Origin: Bacillota bacterium
GTDB lineage: Bacteria; Bacillota; Desulfotomaculia; Desulfotomaculales; Nap2-2B
NCBI GenBank assembly: GCA_040755975.1
Contig: JBFLZY010000006.1
Span: 10,078-74,077, forward strand
Length of the DNA stretch: 64,000 nt
Reading direction: 5' to 3'
Each line of letters opens with the position of its first letter. The first letter of the stretch is position 1. Below the pieces are notes generated by a model. The model was not told where the DNA came from, ran no database searches, and worked only from the letters and a program-made list of their open reading frames with translations. This document shows, in pieces, positions 29,392 through 38,079 of this stretch. Both the position numbers and the translations under genes were made by a program.

Positions 29392-29666
29392 TTCAACTTC
29401 CCCTTTCCCCCAATTATAACAAAACTGATCAATTATGAACTCTTGAATTTATAAAAAGCACCCTGTTTTCTGGTGATGCCGGACCGGGACCGGAACCAAA
29501 CCAGGCCGGACCGAATAGCTTGAATATTTTTTATTGTGGAACTTAATATGTGACATATTGCACAAGTGTGTCTTAGGTGTTATAATGCCAGTTAAGTAAG
29601 TGAGAGACAAAAATAGTGACCAGACATGTGACAGATATCACAATTAACTAGAACAACAAATTCAAG

Positions 29667-31238
29667 GTGGAAAAGAACAAAAAACTGCGAAAATGTAATG
29701 ACAAGGAGGGGGGTTGGCCGGTGTTTTTCCGAAAAATCACCACCCGCAGCAACGACAAGGAATACACGTACGTCAAGCTCATTGAAAACTACCGAAAGGG
29801 AAATAAGATCAAGCAAAGGGTCATCGCCAACCTGGGAAACATCGAAGAACTGGACCCGGACCGGGTGCGCAACCTGATCGCCAGCCTGGCGAAAGTTTGC
29901 GGCGTGGAACCTCCCGGCAAACCAAAATTGAAAATAAAAAGAGTCTTGCGTTACGGCGACGCCCTGCTGATCCATAAAATCTGGGAACGGCTGGGCCTCA
30001 CCGGCGCGGCGGGCGCCTTCCCCGGCGCGACGCCGGACCTGGCCCTGGCGATAGAACTGCTGGTCATTGCCGAACTCCTCCCCCTCCCCGCGGGAGCGTT
30101 TCAGGAATGGCGCCGCCACCTCTATTTGCCCGCTCCGGAACAGGCGAATCCCCCGCCCCGGGAAGAAGTCCTGAACTATCTGGCCGAAAACGGGCGGCGC
30201 CTCCAGGAACGCATCTTTCACCGGTTGCAGGAATGGGGAAAAGTAACCTCGCCCATCTACCTTTTCGCCGTGAAGAGCCTGGTGGAAAACATCCCCCCGC
30301 AGCCGGCCCACTTTCTCAACCGGCGCGGCGAACGCCGTTTCTTCGACCTGGATTTATTTACGACGCCCGCGGGAATCCCGGCCGGGTACGCCGCAACGGC
30401 TCGAAACACTGCAGACGGGCAAAACCTGACCAAAAGGATGGCCCAGGCCGGCGAACGGTTTAAAAATTACCGGGTTATCCTGGTCGGCAATTTTCCCGCC
30501 CTTCCCGAAGAAAATCCGCCTGGTCTTGCCAGGTACGCCCGGGAATACATCACCGGTCTTTCCCTTTCCTCCCCCAAAGCCGGGGAGACCAGCCGGAAAG
30601 TCTTGCCGGCAGACCTTTTCCCCGCAGATCTCATCCCGGCAGCTCTTTTGGAGAACTTCCACCGGCTTGCCGACGACCTCTGGTACCGGGAAATCAAATC
30701 GGAACAAACGCGCTACCTGTTATGTTCGAATCCTTTTCAAAATCGCAATTTCATTATTCAAACAAATACCGAAGATCTCCCCGCCTCCGAAATTATCCGG
30801 ATCTATAACGATTTCGCCGCTGTTCAAGCCCGCTACCGGGTCATCGGATGCCCCGCCCGGCCGGATTGCACCGCCATGAGCCTGCCGGGGCGGATCTTTA
30901 TTTCCTGGCTGGCCCACCTGGTCGAGAGGCTCCTCGACTATATTTTCCAGGAACAGGGAATTAATATAAATGCGCTTGCCGCCCTGCAAACTTTGGAGCC
31001 GGTTAAGATAGTCATCAACGAAATGGGGGGTGAGATCGGCAGTTCGGTAATGGCGATGGATAAGGCGCAGAAAAAAATTCTATCCGCCCTGGAAGCGGGA
31101 GTGGCGCCTTCAGAAGCACCTGACGGGTTTCGTCCGACTTCCTGTCCCGCCGGGCAACACCGGCGACACCTTAGAAAACAGAGGTTGGGGATTAGACTCC
31201 CAGGCCATTTTCGCAGCACAAACAGAAAACGAAAATGA
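29667..31238 (+). CDS. IS1634/IS4-family transposase-like protein, probably degenerate
   Basis: N-terminus FFRKITTRSNDKEYTYVKLIENYRKGNKIKQRVIANLG is typical of IS1634 transposases. The expected second catalytic Asp region reads ILVGNFPALPEEN. The last ~15 codons run into the hairpin repeat. Confidence 0.55.
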   Translation: MEKNKKLRKCNDKEGGWPVFFRKITTRSNDKEYTYVKLIENYRKGNKIKQRVIANLGNIEELDPDRVRNLIASLAKVCGVEPPGKPKLKIKRVLRYGDALLIHKIWERLGLTGAAGAFPGATPDLALAIELLVIAELLPLPAGAFQEWRRHLYLPAPEQANPPPREEVLNYLAENGRRLQERIFHRLQEWGKVTSPIYLFAVKSLVENIPPQPAHFLNRRGERRFFDLDLFTTPAGIPAGYAATARNTADGQNLTKRMAQAGERFKNYRVILVGNFPALPEENPPGLARYAREYITGLSLSSPKAGETSRKVLPADLFPADLIPAALLENFHRLADDLWYREIKSEQTRYLLCSNPFQNRNFIIQTNTEDLPASEIIRIYNDFAAVQARYRVIGCPARPDCTAMSLPGRIFISWLAHLVERLLDYIFQEQGININALAALQTLEPVKIVINEMGGEIGSSVMAMDKAQKKILSALEAGVAPSEAPDGFRPTSCPAGQHRRHLRKQRLGIRLPGHFRSTNRKRK

Positions 31239-31535
31239 CCGGCCCGCCGTTCGATTTGCCGGGAGCGACATGTGCGTAGGGCCGGGTAACGAGACACGGC
31301 GCAGGTGAGGCAAGCGAACCGGCAGCGCGAAACGCGCAAATAACCCAATGATAGAAAACTGACAGCAATCGCCGGAAAACCGAGTAAGAAAAGAAAACTA
31401 ATGTACCGCGCGCATTTTGCAGCGCTGCCTGGTTCGCTCCGAACCAGGCCGATGTCTCGTCGGCCCGAAGCATCGGAGCGACGGCAAACGAACGGCGGGC
31501 GAAAGCCTGTTTTCAGGAGAGAATAACGAGAGTAC
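31200..31535 (+). repeat. Copy B of the ~250-nt rod-like hairpin element, upstream of a TauE-like gene
   Basis: Closing stem 31244-31254 pairs with 31489-31499; extended imperfect helix; two compensatory substitutions relative to copy A. Confidence 0.65.
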
Positions 31536-31628
31536 CGGTCGCCGCGGGCGGCTCCCGGGAAAACCCCGGCGGACCGGACGGGCAGTTCCGTCAAGATTAT
31601 TTTTGAAACCTGAAAGGGGTGCAGGCAA

Positions 31629-32621
31629 ATGATCGATCCCCTGACCACTGCGCCGGCAATCTTTTTTATCGGTCTTTACGCGGGTATTTTAAGGGTGTGT
31701 TACGGAACCGCCGCCCAGTTGCTGGCCGTTCCCCTGCTGAACATCTTCGGCCTTCCGACCGTTTTTGCCGCCGGCACCGCCATCGCCGGGAGCTTTTGCC
31801 AGACCGCCGCAACCCTCGTCCAGAAAGGCTCCCTTTCTTACGCGCACCGGCGGCTGGGGTTGGCCCTGGGTATCTTCGGTACCATCGGTATGTTTCTTGG
31901 TCATGCGCTGCTCGCCGGAATATCCGCTGTCAACCAGAATATTTTTACCGCCACCTGGACTGTTCTTCTTTTTGCTGCGGGAGCGGCAACCCTGGTGTAT
32001 TCCCTGGCCAAAGAAAAAAAATGCGGCCCCGGTCAAAATCCCCCTCCGTCCAATTGGCCGTTTTTATTCCGGCCCGGCCCGGGCAACACCCGGTTTATTG
32101 AATTTTTGTCTCTCCCGGCGGTTTTCCTGGTCGGGCTGGGAATCGGCTTCGCCACAGGGTTCTGGGGCCTGGGGGCGGGCCTGCCGGGGATCATTCTGCT
32201 GACCGGGGTTTTGCACGCACCCCCGCAGGTTGCCGCGGCCACCGACCTGGTTGCCTCCTCGATCATCAGTGCGGCGGCCCTGCTGAGCTACCTTCTCACC
32301 GGCCATTTGCATGCCTGGGCCCTGCTCCCCTTTGTCTGCGGACTGTTTGCCGGAAACTGGGCCGGCCATCTGGCGCCCCCGGAAATTAAGGCCGGAATGT
32401 TTCGTCCCGCCTTCGCCGGCGTATTGTTCCTGGGTGCGGCGGCGGCGGCCTTAAAAGTGGCCGGCCACGCCAAAATGGCGGGGCTCTTCTTGATGAGCGG
32501 CATGATTTTGCTCTGTGCGGCCCTCTTAGCCGGCCACCTGCTCATTAACTTGCTGCTGCAGCGCTCCGGCGAAAAAGAAACCGGCGGTAAGCAATCAGAG
32601 CATTCGCCAATTCACCCGTAA
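31629..32621 (+). CDS. TauE/SafE (DUF81) family anion permease
   Basis: 330-aa polytopic protein with AAGTA / AAATD pseudo-repeat motifs; RBS AAAGGGGTG. Confidence 0.75.
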   Translation: MIDPLTTAPAIFFIGLYAGILRVCYGTAAQLLAVPLLNIFGLPTVFAAGTAIAGSFCQTAATLVQKGSLSYAHRRLGLALGIFGTIGMFLGHALLAGISAVNQNIFTATWTVLLFAAGAATLVYSLAKEKKCGPGQNPPPSNWPFLFRPGPGNTRFIEFLSLPAVFLVGLGIGFATGFWGLGAGLPGIILLTGVLHAPPQVAAATDLVASSIISAAALLSYLLTGHLHAWALLPFVCGLFAGNWAGHLAPPEIKAGMFRPAFAGVLFLGAAAAALKVAGHAKMAGLFLMSGMILLCAALLAGHLLINLLLQRSGEKETGGKQSEHSPIHP

Positions 32622-32641
32622 AAGCAACCTGTTTATTTCGC

Positions 32642-33289
32642 TCAAACGACCCCCAGTCTGTTTAAAGCTTTTTTGGTCACCAGGATGAAGCTGGCCAGCT
32701 TTTTGGACGTCAGTTCCGTTTCCCAGCGCTCCGCCAAACGAAAAGGCAAAAATACTTTGAATCTATACTTGCCGGTAGCTTCTACTTTCGGCAGTTCCCG
32801 CTCCAAGGCCTCCCCTAATTCAAATTCTATTTCTTTTTTCTGGCCCAGGAGCGGCAAAAAAACCTGTTTTTTCCGGCCGTCCATAACCAGGTCCAAAACC
32901 AGCAGTTCGCGGCCCTGGTAGGTTCCTTTACGCGGCCTGGTTTTGCCGATGCGGTAATATACGTTTTTATTTTCCAAAACTTTAATGCACCGCCAGGACC
33001 CTTTCAGGCCCAGCCACTGGTCGGAGGAAGGATAGAACATTTTAATCCCCCAGCCGCGCAGTATTTCCTGGGTGCGGATAAGCACTTCATCCAGAAACTC
33101 GTCGAAATCGCCTGACCCGGTCGCTGCAGAATCTTCTTCGCTTTTTACTTTTTCTTCCTGAAGCCAGCGCTCGAACCAGTTGAGCACCTTTTTATAACTG
33201 CTTTGCTGGTACTCCTGGAGAAATGCTTCCTTCTGTCTTGTAAAATGCTTAACAAATTCTTGATTAGTCATTCCCTTCTCACTCCCCAC
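32642..33289 (-). CDS. Hypothetical soluble protein, last gene of the TauE-DUF1634 operon
   Basis: 215-aa ORF 21 nt downstream of the DUF1634 gene; no family recognised; the start may be ATG 33271. Confidence 0.5.
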   Translation of the reverse strand: MGSEKGMTNQEFVKHFTRQKEAFLQEYQQSSYKKVLNWFERWLQEEKVKSEEDSAATGSGDFDEFLDEVLIRTQEILRGWGIKMFYPSSDQWLGLKGSWRCIKVLENKNVYYRIGKTRPRKGTYQGRELLVLDLVMDGRKKQVFLPLLGQKKEIEFELGEALERELPKVEATGKYRFKVFLPFRLAERWETELTSKKLASFILVTKKALNRLGVV

Positions 33290-33310
33290 ACCGCAAGGAG
33301 GCCGCCTTGC

Positions 33311-33727
33311 CTAATGACCAACCCGAAGAACCCCGCTGGCCGCGAGCAGCAGAATAAGTATTTCCAGCCCGGCAATTGCTGCGTAGGCCATATCCTTGCT
33401 CTTGATATAAAAGGGGATTAAAACCAGGTAGCCTGCTATAGTCAGGAAAGCCAGAAAAGCAATGCCGATAAAATTTAGAAAATCGCCGTACATGAGCATC
33501 CCCACCCATCCCCAGCCGACGGGCAGGTTCAACTGTTCGTTAAAATCATGTACGTTCATCCCCCAGTAATTGGGAAGCATTGCGGAAGGTACATAGGGAG
33601 AAATTATCCCGCTGGCGTACAACAAAAACAGGATCCCGAGAATCAGGATTCCTCCCCAGGCCCCGTAAAACAGAATATTGGCGTATCTGATTTGTTCCGG
33701 CGCAATTTGCAGGTTCTGTTTCTCCAT
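33311..33727 (-). CDS. DUF1634-like small membrane protein
   Basis: 138 aa with 3-4 TM segments, immediately downstream of a DUF81 permease; this is the usual DUF81-DUF1634 pairing. Confidence 0.6.
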   Translation of the reverse strand: MEKQNLQIAPEQIRYANILFYGAWGGILILGILFLLYASGIISPYVPSAMLPNYWGMNVHDFNEQLNLPVGWGWVGMLMYGDFLNFIGIAFLAFLTIAGYLVLIPFYIKSKDMAYAAIAGLEILILLLAASGVLRVGH

Positions 33728-33734
33728 AGCATTT

Positions 33735-34682
33735 TCACCCCCAAATTCCCAGGCCTTTTAACAGTGCCCGCACCCCGGCGAAGAAAAGCATACCGATGAC
33801 GATGTACCGGACAATCGATGGTTTCGTGACGGCCAGGATTTTTACCCCCAAAAACGAGCCCAGCATGATCCCGATGATGGAAGGAACGGCGATTAAAGGG
33901 ATGATGCAGCCCTGGTTCAAATAAACCCAGGCCGCGGAAGTGTCCGTGATGGAAAGCAAAAACTTGCTGGTGCCCACGGCCACTTTCAACGGCGCCCCCA
34001 TCAGCAGGTTTAAAACCGGCACGTTCGCCCACCCAGCACCCAGACCGAACATTCCGGCAAGAACGCCGATGAAAACGAAAAGGAACATTCCCGAAGGAGT
34101 CCGCCACACCTGCCAGTTCACTATTTTCCCGGTTGATTCTTCCCGGTAAGAACCTTCTATTTTCAACATCCTGGCCAGGTTATCCGGAGCCTTGACTTCC
34201 GGATACTCCGTGTTTTTAGAAAAAATAAACAAAACGGCGATAAAAATTATGGTCAGGCCTAGAGCGGTCTGGACGATCCACGTCGGCGCCGCCAGACCCA
34301 CAAAAGCCCCGGCAATACTACACGTGGAAGCAATCAGAGCCAAAGGCAGGGTCAAGCGTAAGTTGGCCAGATTTTTCCTGAGCAGGCCCGGGCCTGCCGC
34401 CAGGGCGCCCGAGAGGGCCACCAGCAAACCCGCCCCCCTTACGAAGTCCAGGTGAAATGGAAAAAAGCTGCTCACTAAAGGGACGTATAACACTCCCCCG
34501 CCCACTCCGGCCAAAACGGCCAGGATGCCCAAGATGATCGTGGCGATAAATAGCGCCAGCGGCCATACCCACCACGGTGGCCCGAGGTGAGCGCTTGTTG
34601 CCACTGCCGCTGCGGAGCCCGTCGGCACCGTCGGACTGACGGTCGAAGCCAGGATCCACATGGAGGCTATTTTTTCCAGCAT
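33735..34682 (-). CDS. TauE/SafE (DUF81) family anion permease
   Basis: 315 aa; LAGVGGGVLYVPL and MFGLGAGWANVPVL repeats with AVGTS. Confidence 0.8.
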   Translation of the reverse strand: MLEKIASMWILASTVSPTVPTGSAAAVATSAHLGPPWWVWPLALFIATIILGILAVLAGVGGGVLYVPLVSSFFPFHLDFVRGAGLLVALSGALAAGPGLLRKNLANLRLTLPLALIASTCSIAGAFVGLAAPTWIVQTALGLTIIFIAVLFIFSKNTEYPEVKAPDNLARMLKIEGSYREESTGKIVNWQVWRTPSGMFLFVFIGVLAGMFGLGAGWANVPVLNLLMGAPLKVAVGTSKFLLSITDTSAAWVYLNQGCIIPLIAVPSIIGIMLGSFLGVKILAVTKPSIVRYIVIGMLFFAGVRALLKGLGIWG

Positions 34683-34903
34683 TCCTTCCCCTCCCCCGAA
34701 AAATTACGTATGGCAAAACTTTTTCCATCTGCATTTCTTCCTGAAAAATAAAGCGTTCGGCAAGCAATTCCGCCCCTGTCAAACACCCCCTCTCGCTGGT
34801 AAAAGTAAAAATAATTCTTCTTCCTCAACTTACCCTTTATCAAAACATACCCTTTGTGCTATAATAAACATGCGTGGAAAATAGAATGCACTTGCTCAAT
34901 AAA

Positions 34904-34918
34904 GCACAAACCGTGCCA
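34904..34918 (-). promoter_or_regulatory. Candidate sigma-54 (-24/-12) promoter for the TauE-DUF1634 operon
   Basis: Minus strand reads TGGCACGGTTTGTGC, with GG-N10-GC spacing; it lies about 220 nt upstream of ATG 34682 and 113-170 nt from inverted repeats. Confidence 0.55.
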
Positions 34919-35103
34919 GCGGACTAAATACAGGCATCTCAGAAGGGACAAAAGACTTAACCCGGCTGAGCCTTGCCGGCGATGTCTAAAAACAAACAGT
35001 TAATTACCGAGGGATAAAGTTAACGGGACTTGTGAACGTGATAACATTATTTTTCCGCTGTCTGTTATCAGACAAGGGTTGTTCACAATTCAACAGGAGT
35101 TAA

Positions 35104-36669
35104 ATGGCAATGAAATTCTTTCGAGGCAGGACCACTTTACGTTCCCAAATTATCTTAACCATTATTATTTTGCTGCTGATCCCCGTGCTGGTTGTTCTTT
35201 ACGATATCTTCTTCGCCACCAAAAGCGATGAAATAATGCTCACTGAAAAGGAGGAGCGCCTCCAGTCGATTATCCAAAATCAAATTGTCCCGGGGCTTAC
35301 CCTTGATTTAGAGAAAAAACTGGCCGGACAGGAAACTGCTGATCTGCCCCCGGAAATTCGCGACAGTCTCATCAGGGAATCTTTCGATGAAGTCGTCAAA
35401 CCGCTGGTGCCGAACTTTCCGGGAGTCCGGCTGGGGCTCTTTCTTCCCGAAAACCAGCAGATTTTCGTCCACGGCTTTTTGCACGGATACCGGTACCTGT
35501 CCCCGGAAGAAGCCAGGCAGAGGGAGAGGCGCATTCTGACGGAAGCCGATTCCGGGTTAATCGCCGTCAGCGCCAGCGGCCGTCCTCTGGCCAAGCTGAC
35601 GATGAGCTTGAACGACAAAACCATTGAATACTTCGCCCCCATCATAATCCAGGATAAGCTCGTGGCGGTAGTTTGGGCCGACGAGCGCCTGCACCCCATC
35701 TTTGCCTTAAGCCAGAGCTTTCGCCTGTTCATCCGCTACATCACCCTTTTCGTCCTCCTGGCCGGTGCCGCCGGGGTATTGATCGTCACCCACAACCTGG
35801 CCAAAGGAGTCAGCCTCATCAAGGAAGGTTTAGGCAAAATGGAAAAAGACCTGAACAAACTTCTTCCGGACTTACCCGGCGAAGCCGGCCAGATCGCCCG
35901 GGCCGTCAACAGGATGGCCGTCTCCCTGGCCGAAAAGGAAAAGTTGGAAGAGGAGCTGCGCCGCTCCGAACGCCTGGCCGCGCTGGGCCGGCTGGTAACG
36001 GGCGTGGCGCACGAGCTGCGCAACCCGATCAGCGTGGTCAAGGCCACCGTTCAATTGATGGAAACGGATTTTCAAGGCGTTGCAAACATCAACGAATATG
36101 TTAGTATAATTAAAGAACAGGTCGATCGCCAGAACAGGATCATCCAGGAATTGCTGGATTTCGGCCACCCGGGCAAAAACATTACCCAGCCGGTGGCTGT
36201 TAATTCTTTGCTGGAAAAAGTATTGACCTTTACTTCGTCGCTGTTGCGCCAAAATAATATCGAACTAAACCTGGAAACCAAAGAGCGCCTGCCGCTGATC
36301 GAAGCGGACGGGGAAAGAATCAAACAGGTTTTTGTAAATTTAATTCTGAACGCCGTTACGGCCATGCCTGAGGGGGGAACCCTGACCATTAAAACCTACC
36401 GGGAAAACAACAGCATCTGCTCGGAGTTCAGCGACACCGGTTCGGGCATCGCCCGCGAGCACCTGCCCAAAATCTTCGATCCTTTTTATACAACCAAGGA
36501 AAACGGCACCGGGCTGGGTCTGGCCATCAGCCACCAGATCGTCAAAAGCCACGGCGGCACCATCGAAGTGGCCAGCACCGGCCCGCAGGGAACCACTTTT
36601 AAAGTAAAGCTGCCGATGGTACAAACAACCAGGGGGTTGGACGATGGTACCCAAAATATTAATTATTGA
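35104..36669 (+). CDS. Sensor histidine kinase, paralog 2
   Basis: H-box GVAHELRNPIS, N-box LILNAVTAMP, G-boxes SDTGSGI and GTGLGLAISHQIV; N-terminal TM and sensor region alignable with 23353-24885. Confidence 0.9.
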   Translation: MAMKFFRGRTTLRSQIILTIIILLLIPVLVVLYDIFFATKSDEIMLTEKEERLQSIIQNQIVPGLTLDLEKKLAGQETADLPPEIRDSLIRESFDEVVKPLVPNFPGVRLGLFLPENQQIFVHGFLHGYRYLSPEEARQRERRILTEADSGLIAVSASGRPLAKLTMSLNDKTIEYFAPIIIQDKLVAVVWADERLHPIFALSQSFRLFIRYITLFVLLAGAAGVLIVTHNLAKGVSLIKEGLGKMEKDLNKLLPDLPGEAGQIARAVNRMAVSLAEKEKLEEELRRSERLAALGRLVTGVAHELRNPISVVKATVQLMETDFQGVANINEYVSIIKEQVDRQNRIIQELLDFGHPGKNITQPVAVNSLLEKVLTFTSSLLRQNNIELNLETKERLPLIEADGERIKQVFVNLILNAVTAMPEGGTLTIKTYRENNSICSEFSDTGSGIAREHLPKIFDPFYTTKENGTGLGLAISHQIVKSHGGTIEVASTGPQGTTFKVKLPMVQTTRGLDDGTQNINY

Positions 36670-37993
36670 CGACGAAAAACATCTTTGCTGGGCGCTGGAA
36701 AAAGCAATGCGCCAGGAAGGGTACAGCACTCTAAGCACCACGAGCGGCAAAAAGGGACTGGAGTTAATCAAGGAAGATCCTCCCTCGCTGGTTATTTTAG
36801 ATTTAAAAATGCCGGAGATGGACGGGCTGGAAGTACTCAAAAGGGCAAGGGAAATGCAGCCCAGGCTTCCCGTCATCATCCTGACCGCCCACGGAACCAT
36901 TGAAACGGCCATTGAAGCAATGAAAATCGGCGCGGTCGACTATCTCACCAAACCCTTCGACCTGGATGAATTAAAAATCGTCATCAAACAAAATCTCATG
37001 GTCAGCCAGCTGGTCACCGAAGTGAATTTCCTGCGCGCGGAACTGGCCAGAAAATACAGCTCCATAATCGGCGAAAGCAAAGCTATCCAGGAAGTAAAAA
37101 AACTGATCGAAAAAGTGGCGAAAAGCAACGCCACAGTGTTGATTACCGGCGAAAGCGGCACGGGCAAGGAAGTGGCTGCGCTGACCATCCACCAGCTAAG
37201 CCCGCGCCGGGACGGGCCCTTTGTGCCGGTAAACTGCGCCGCCCTGCCCGAACAACTGCTGGAAAGCGAGCTTTTCGGGCACGAAAAAGGGGCTTTTACG
37301 GGCGCGGTCGCCCGCAAGCTGGGCCGTTTTGAACTGGCCGACAAAGGAACGATCTTCCTGGATGAGATTACCGAGATGCCGCTGTCCATGCAGGTTAAGC
37401 TTTTGCGGGTGCTGCAGGAAAAATCCTTTGAGCGCGTCGGAGGGACCGAAACCCTGCGCGTGGATGTCCGGGTCATTGCCGCCACCAACCGGGATATCGC
37501 ATCAGCCATGCAACAGGGGCAGTTCCGGGAAGATCTCTACTACCGGTTAAACGTCTTCCAGATCCACATGCCCCCCTTAAGGGAAAGAAAAGAGGACATC
37601 CCTTTGCTGGCTCAACATTTTGTTGAAAAGTTCCGCCCTACCTACCTGGTGAACAAAATCTCCTCCACGGCCCTGGAACTGCTTGTTCGTTACCACTGGC
37701 CGGGAAACATCCGCGAACTCCAGAATGTTATCGAAAGGGCGGCGATTATTTGTCAAGGCAACGAAATATTACCCGAACATTTACCTAAAGAATTATTGTC
37801 CACGCAAAAAACAACGGCAAGTTCAATAATAAATTTTCCGGACCAGGGAATCTCCCTGGACGAGGTGGAAAAGGAACTGATTTTAAAAGCCCTGGAAAAA
37901 ACCGGCGGAAACCAGACCAGGGCCGCCCAACTATTGGGGATCACCCGCTCCGCTCTGCTTTACCGGAGCCAAAAATACGGCCTTAACATATAA
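36644..37993 (+). CDS. Sigma-54-dependent response regulator (NtrC/AtoC family: receiver + AAA+ + Fis HTH)
   Basis: Receiver DLKMPEMDG, Walker A GESGTGKE, GAFTGA loop (EKGAFTGAV), C-terminal HTH NQTRAAQLLGITRSALLYRSQKYGL. Confidence 0.95.
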   Translation: MVPKILIIDDEKHLCWALEKAMRQEGYSTLSTTSGKKGLELIKEDPPSLVILDLKMPEMDGLEVLKRAREMQPRLPVIILTAHGTIETAIEAMKIGAVDYLTKPFDLDELKIVIKQNLMVSQLVTEVNFLRAELARKYSSIIGESKAIQEVKKLIEKVAKSNATVLITGESGTGKEVAALTIHQLSPRRDGPFVPVNCAALPEQLLESELFGHEKGAFTGAVARKLGRFELADKGTIFLDEITEMPLSMQVKLLRVLQEKSFERVGGTETLRVDVRVIAATNRDIASAMQQGQFREDLYYRLNVFQIHMPPLRERKEDIPLLAQHFVEKFRPTYLVNKISSTALELLVRYHWPGNIRELQNVIERAAIICQGNEILPEHLPKELLSTQKTTASSIINFPDQGISLDEVEKELILKALEKTGGNQTRAAQLLGITRSALLYRSQKYGLNI

Positions 37994-38079
37994 AAATTTT
38001 TTCGAAAAAAGGAGGATTTGCCCACAACTCTTCAGAATATTTTCATTTGAAAAGAGGTTAAACTTTTACAAAAAGACTG

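Noticed and set aside
30938-31648. 236-aa minus-strand ORF (and the similar ORFs 9553-9972 and 9684-10001) across the hairpin repeats
   Set aside because: These ORFs are by-products of the GC-rich, stop-poor repeat sequence. Similarity between the two loci exists at the DNA level in both orientations, and the central part is not conserved as protein.
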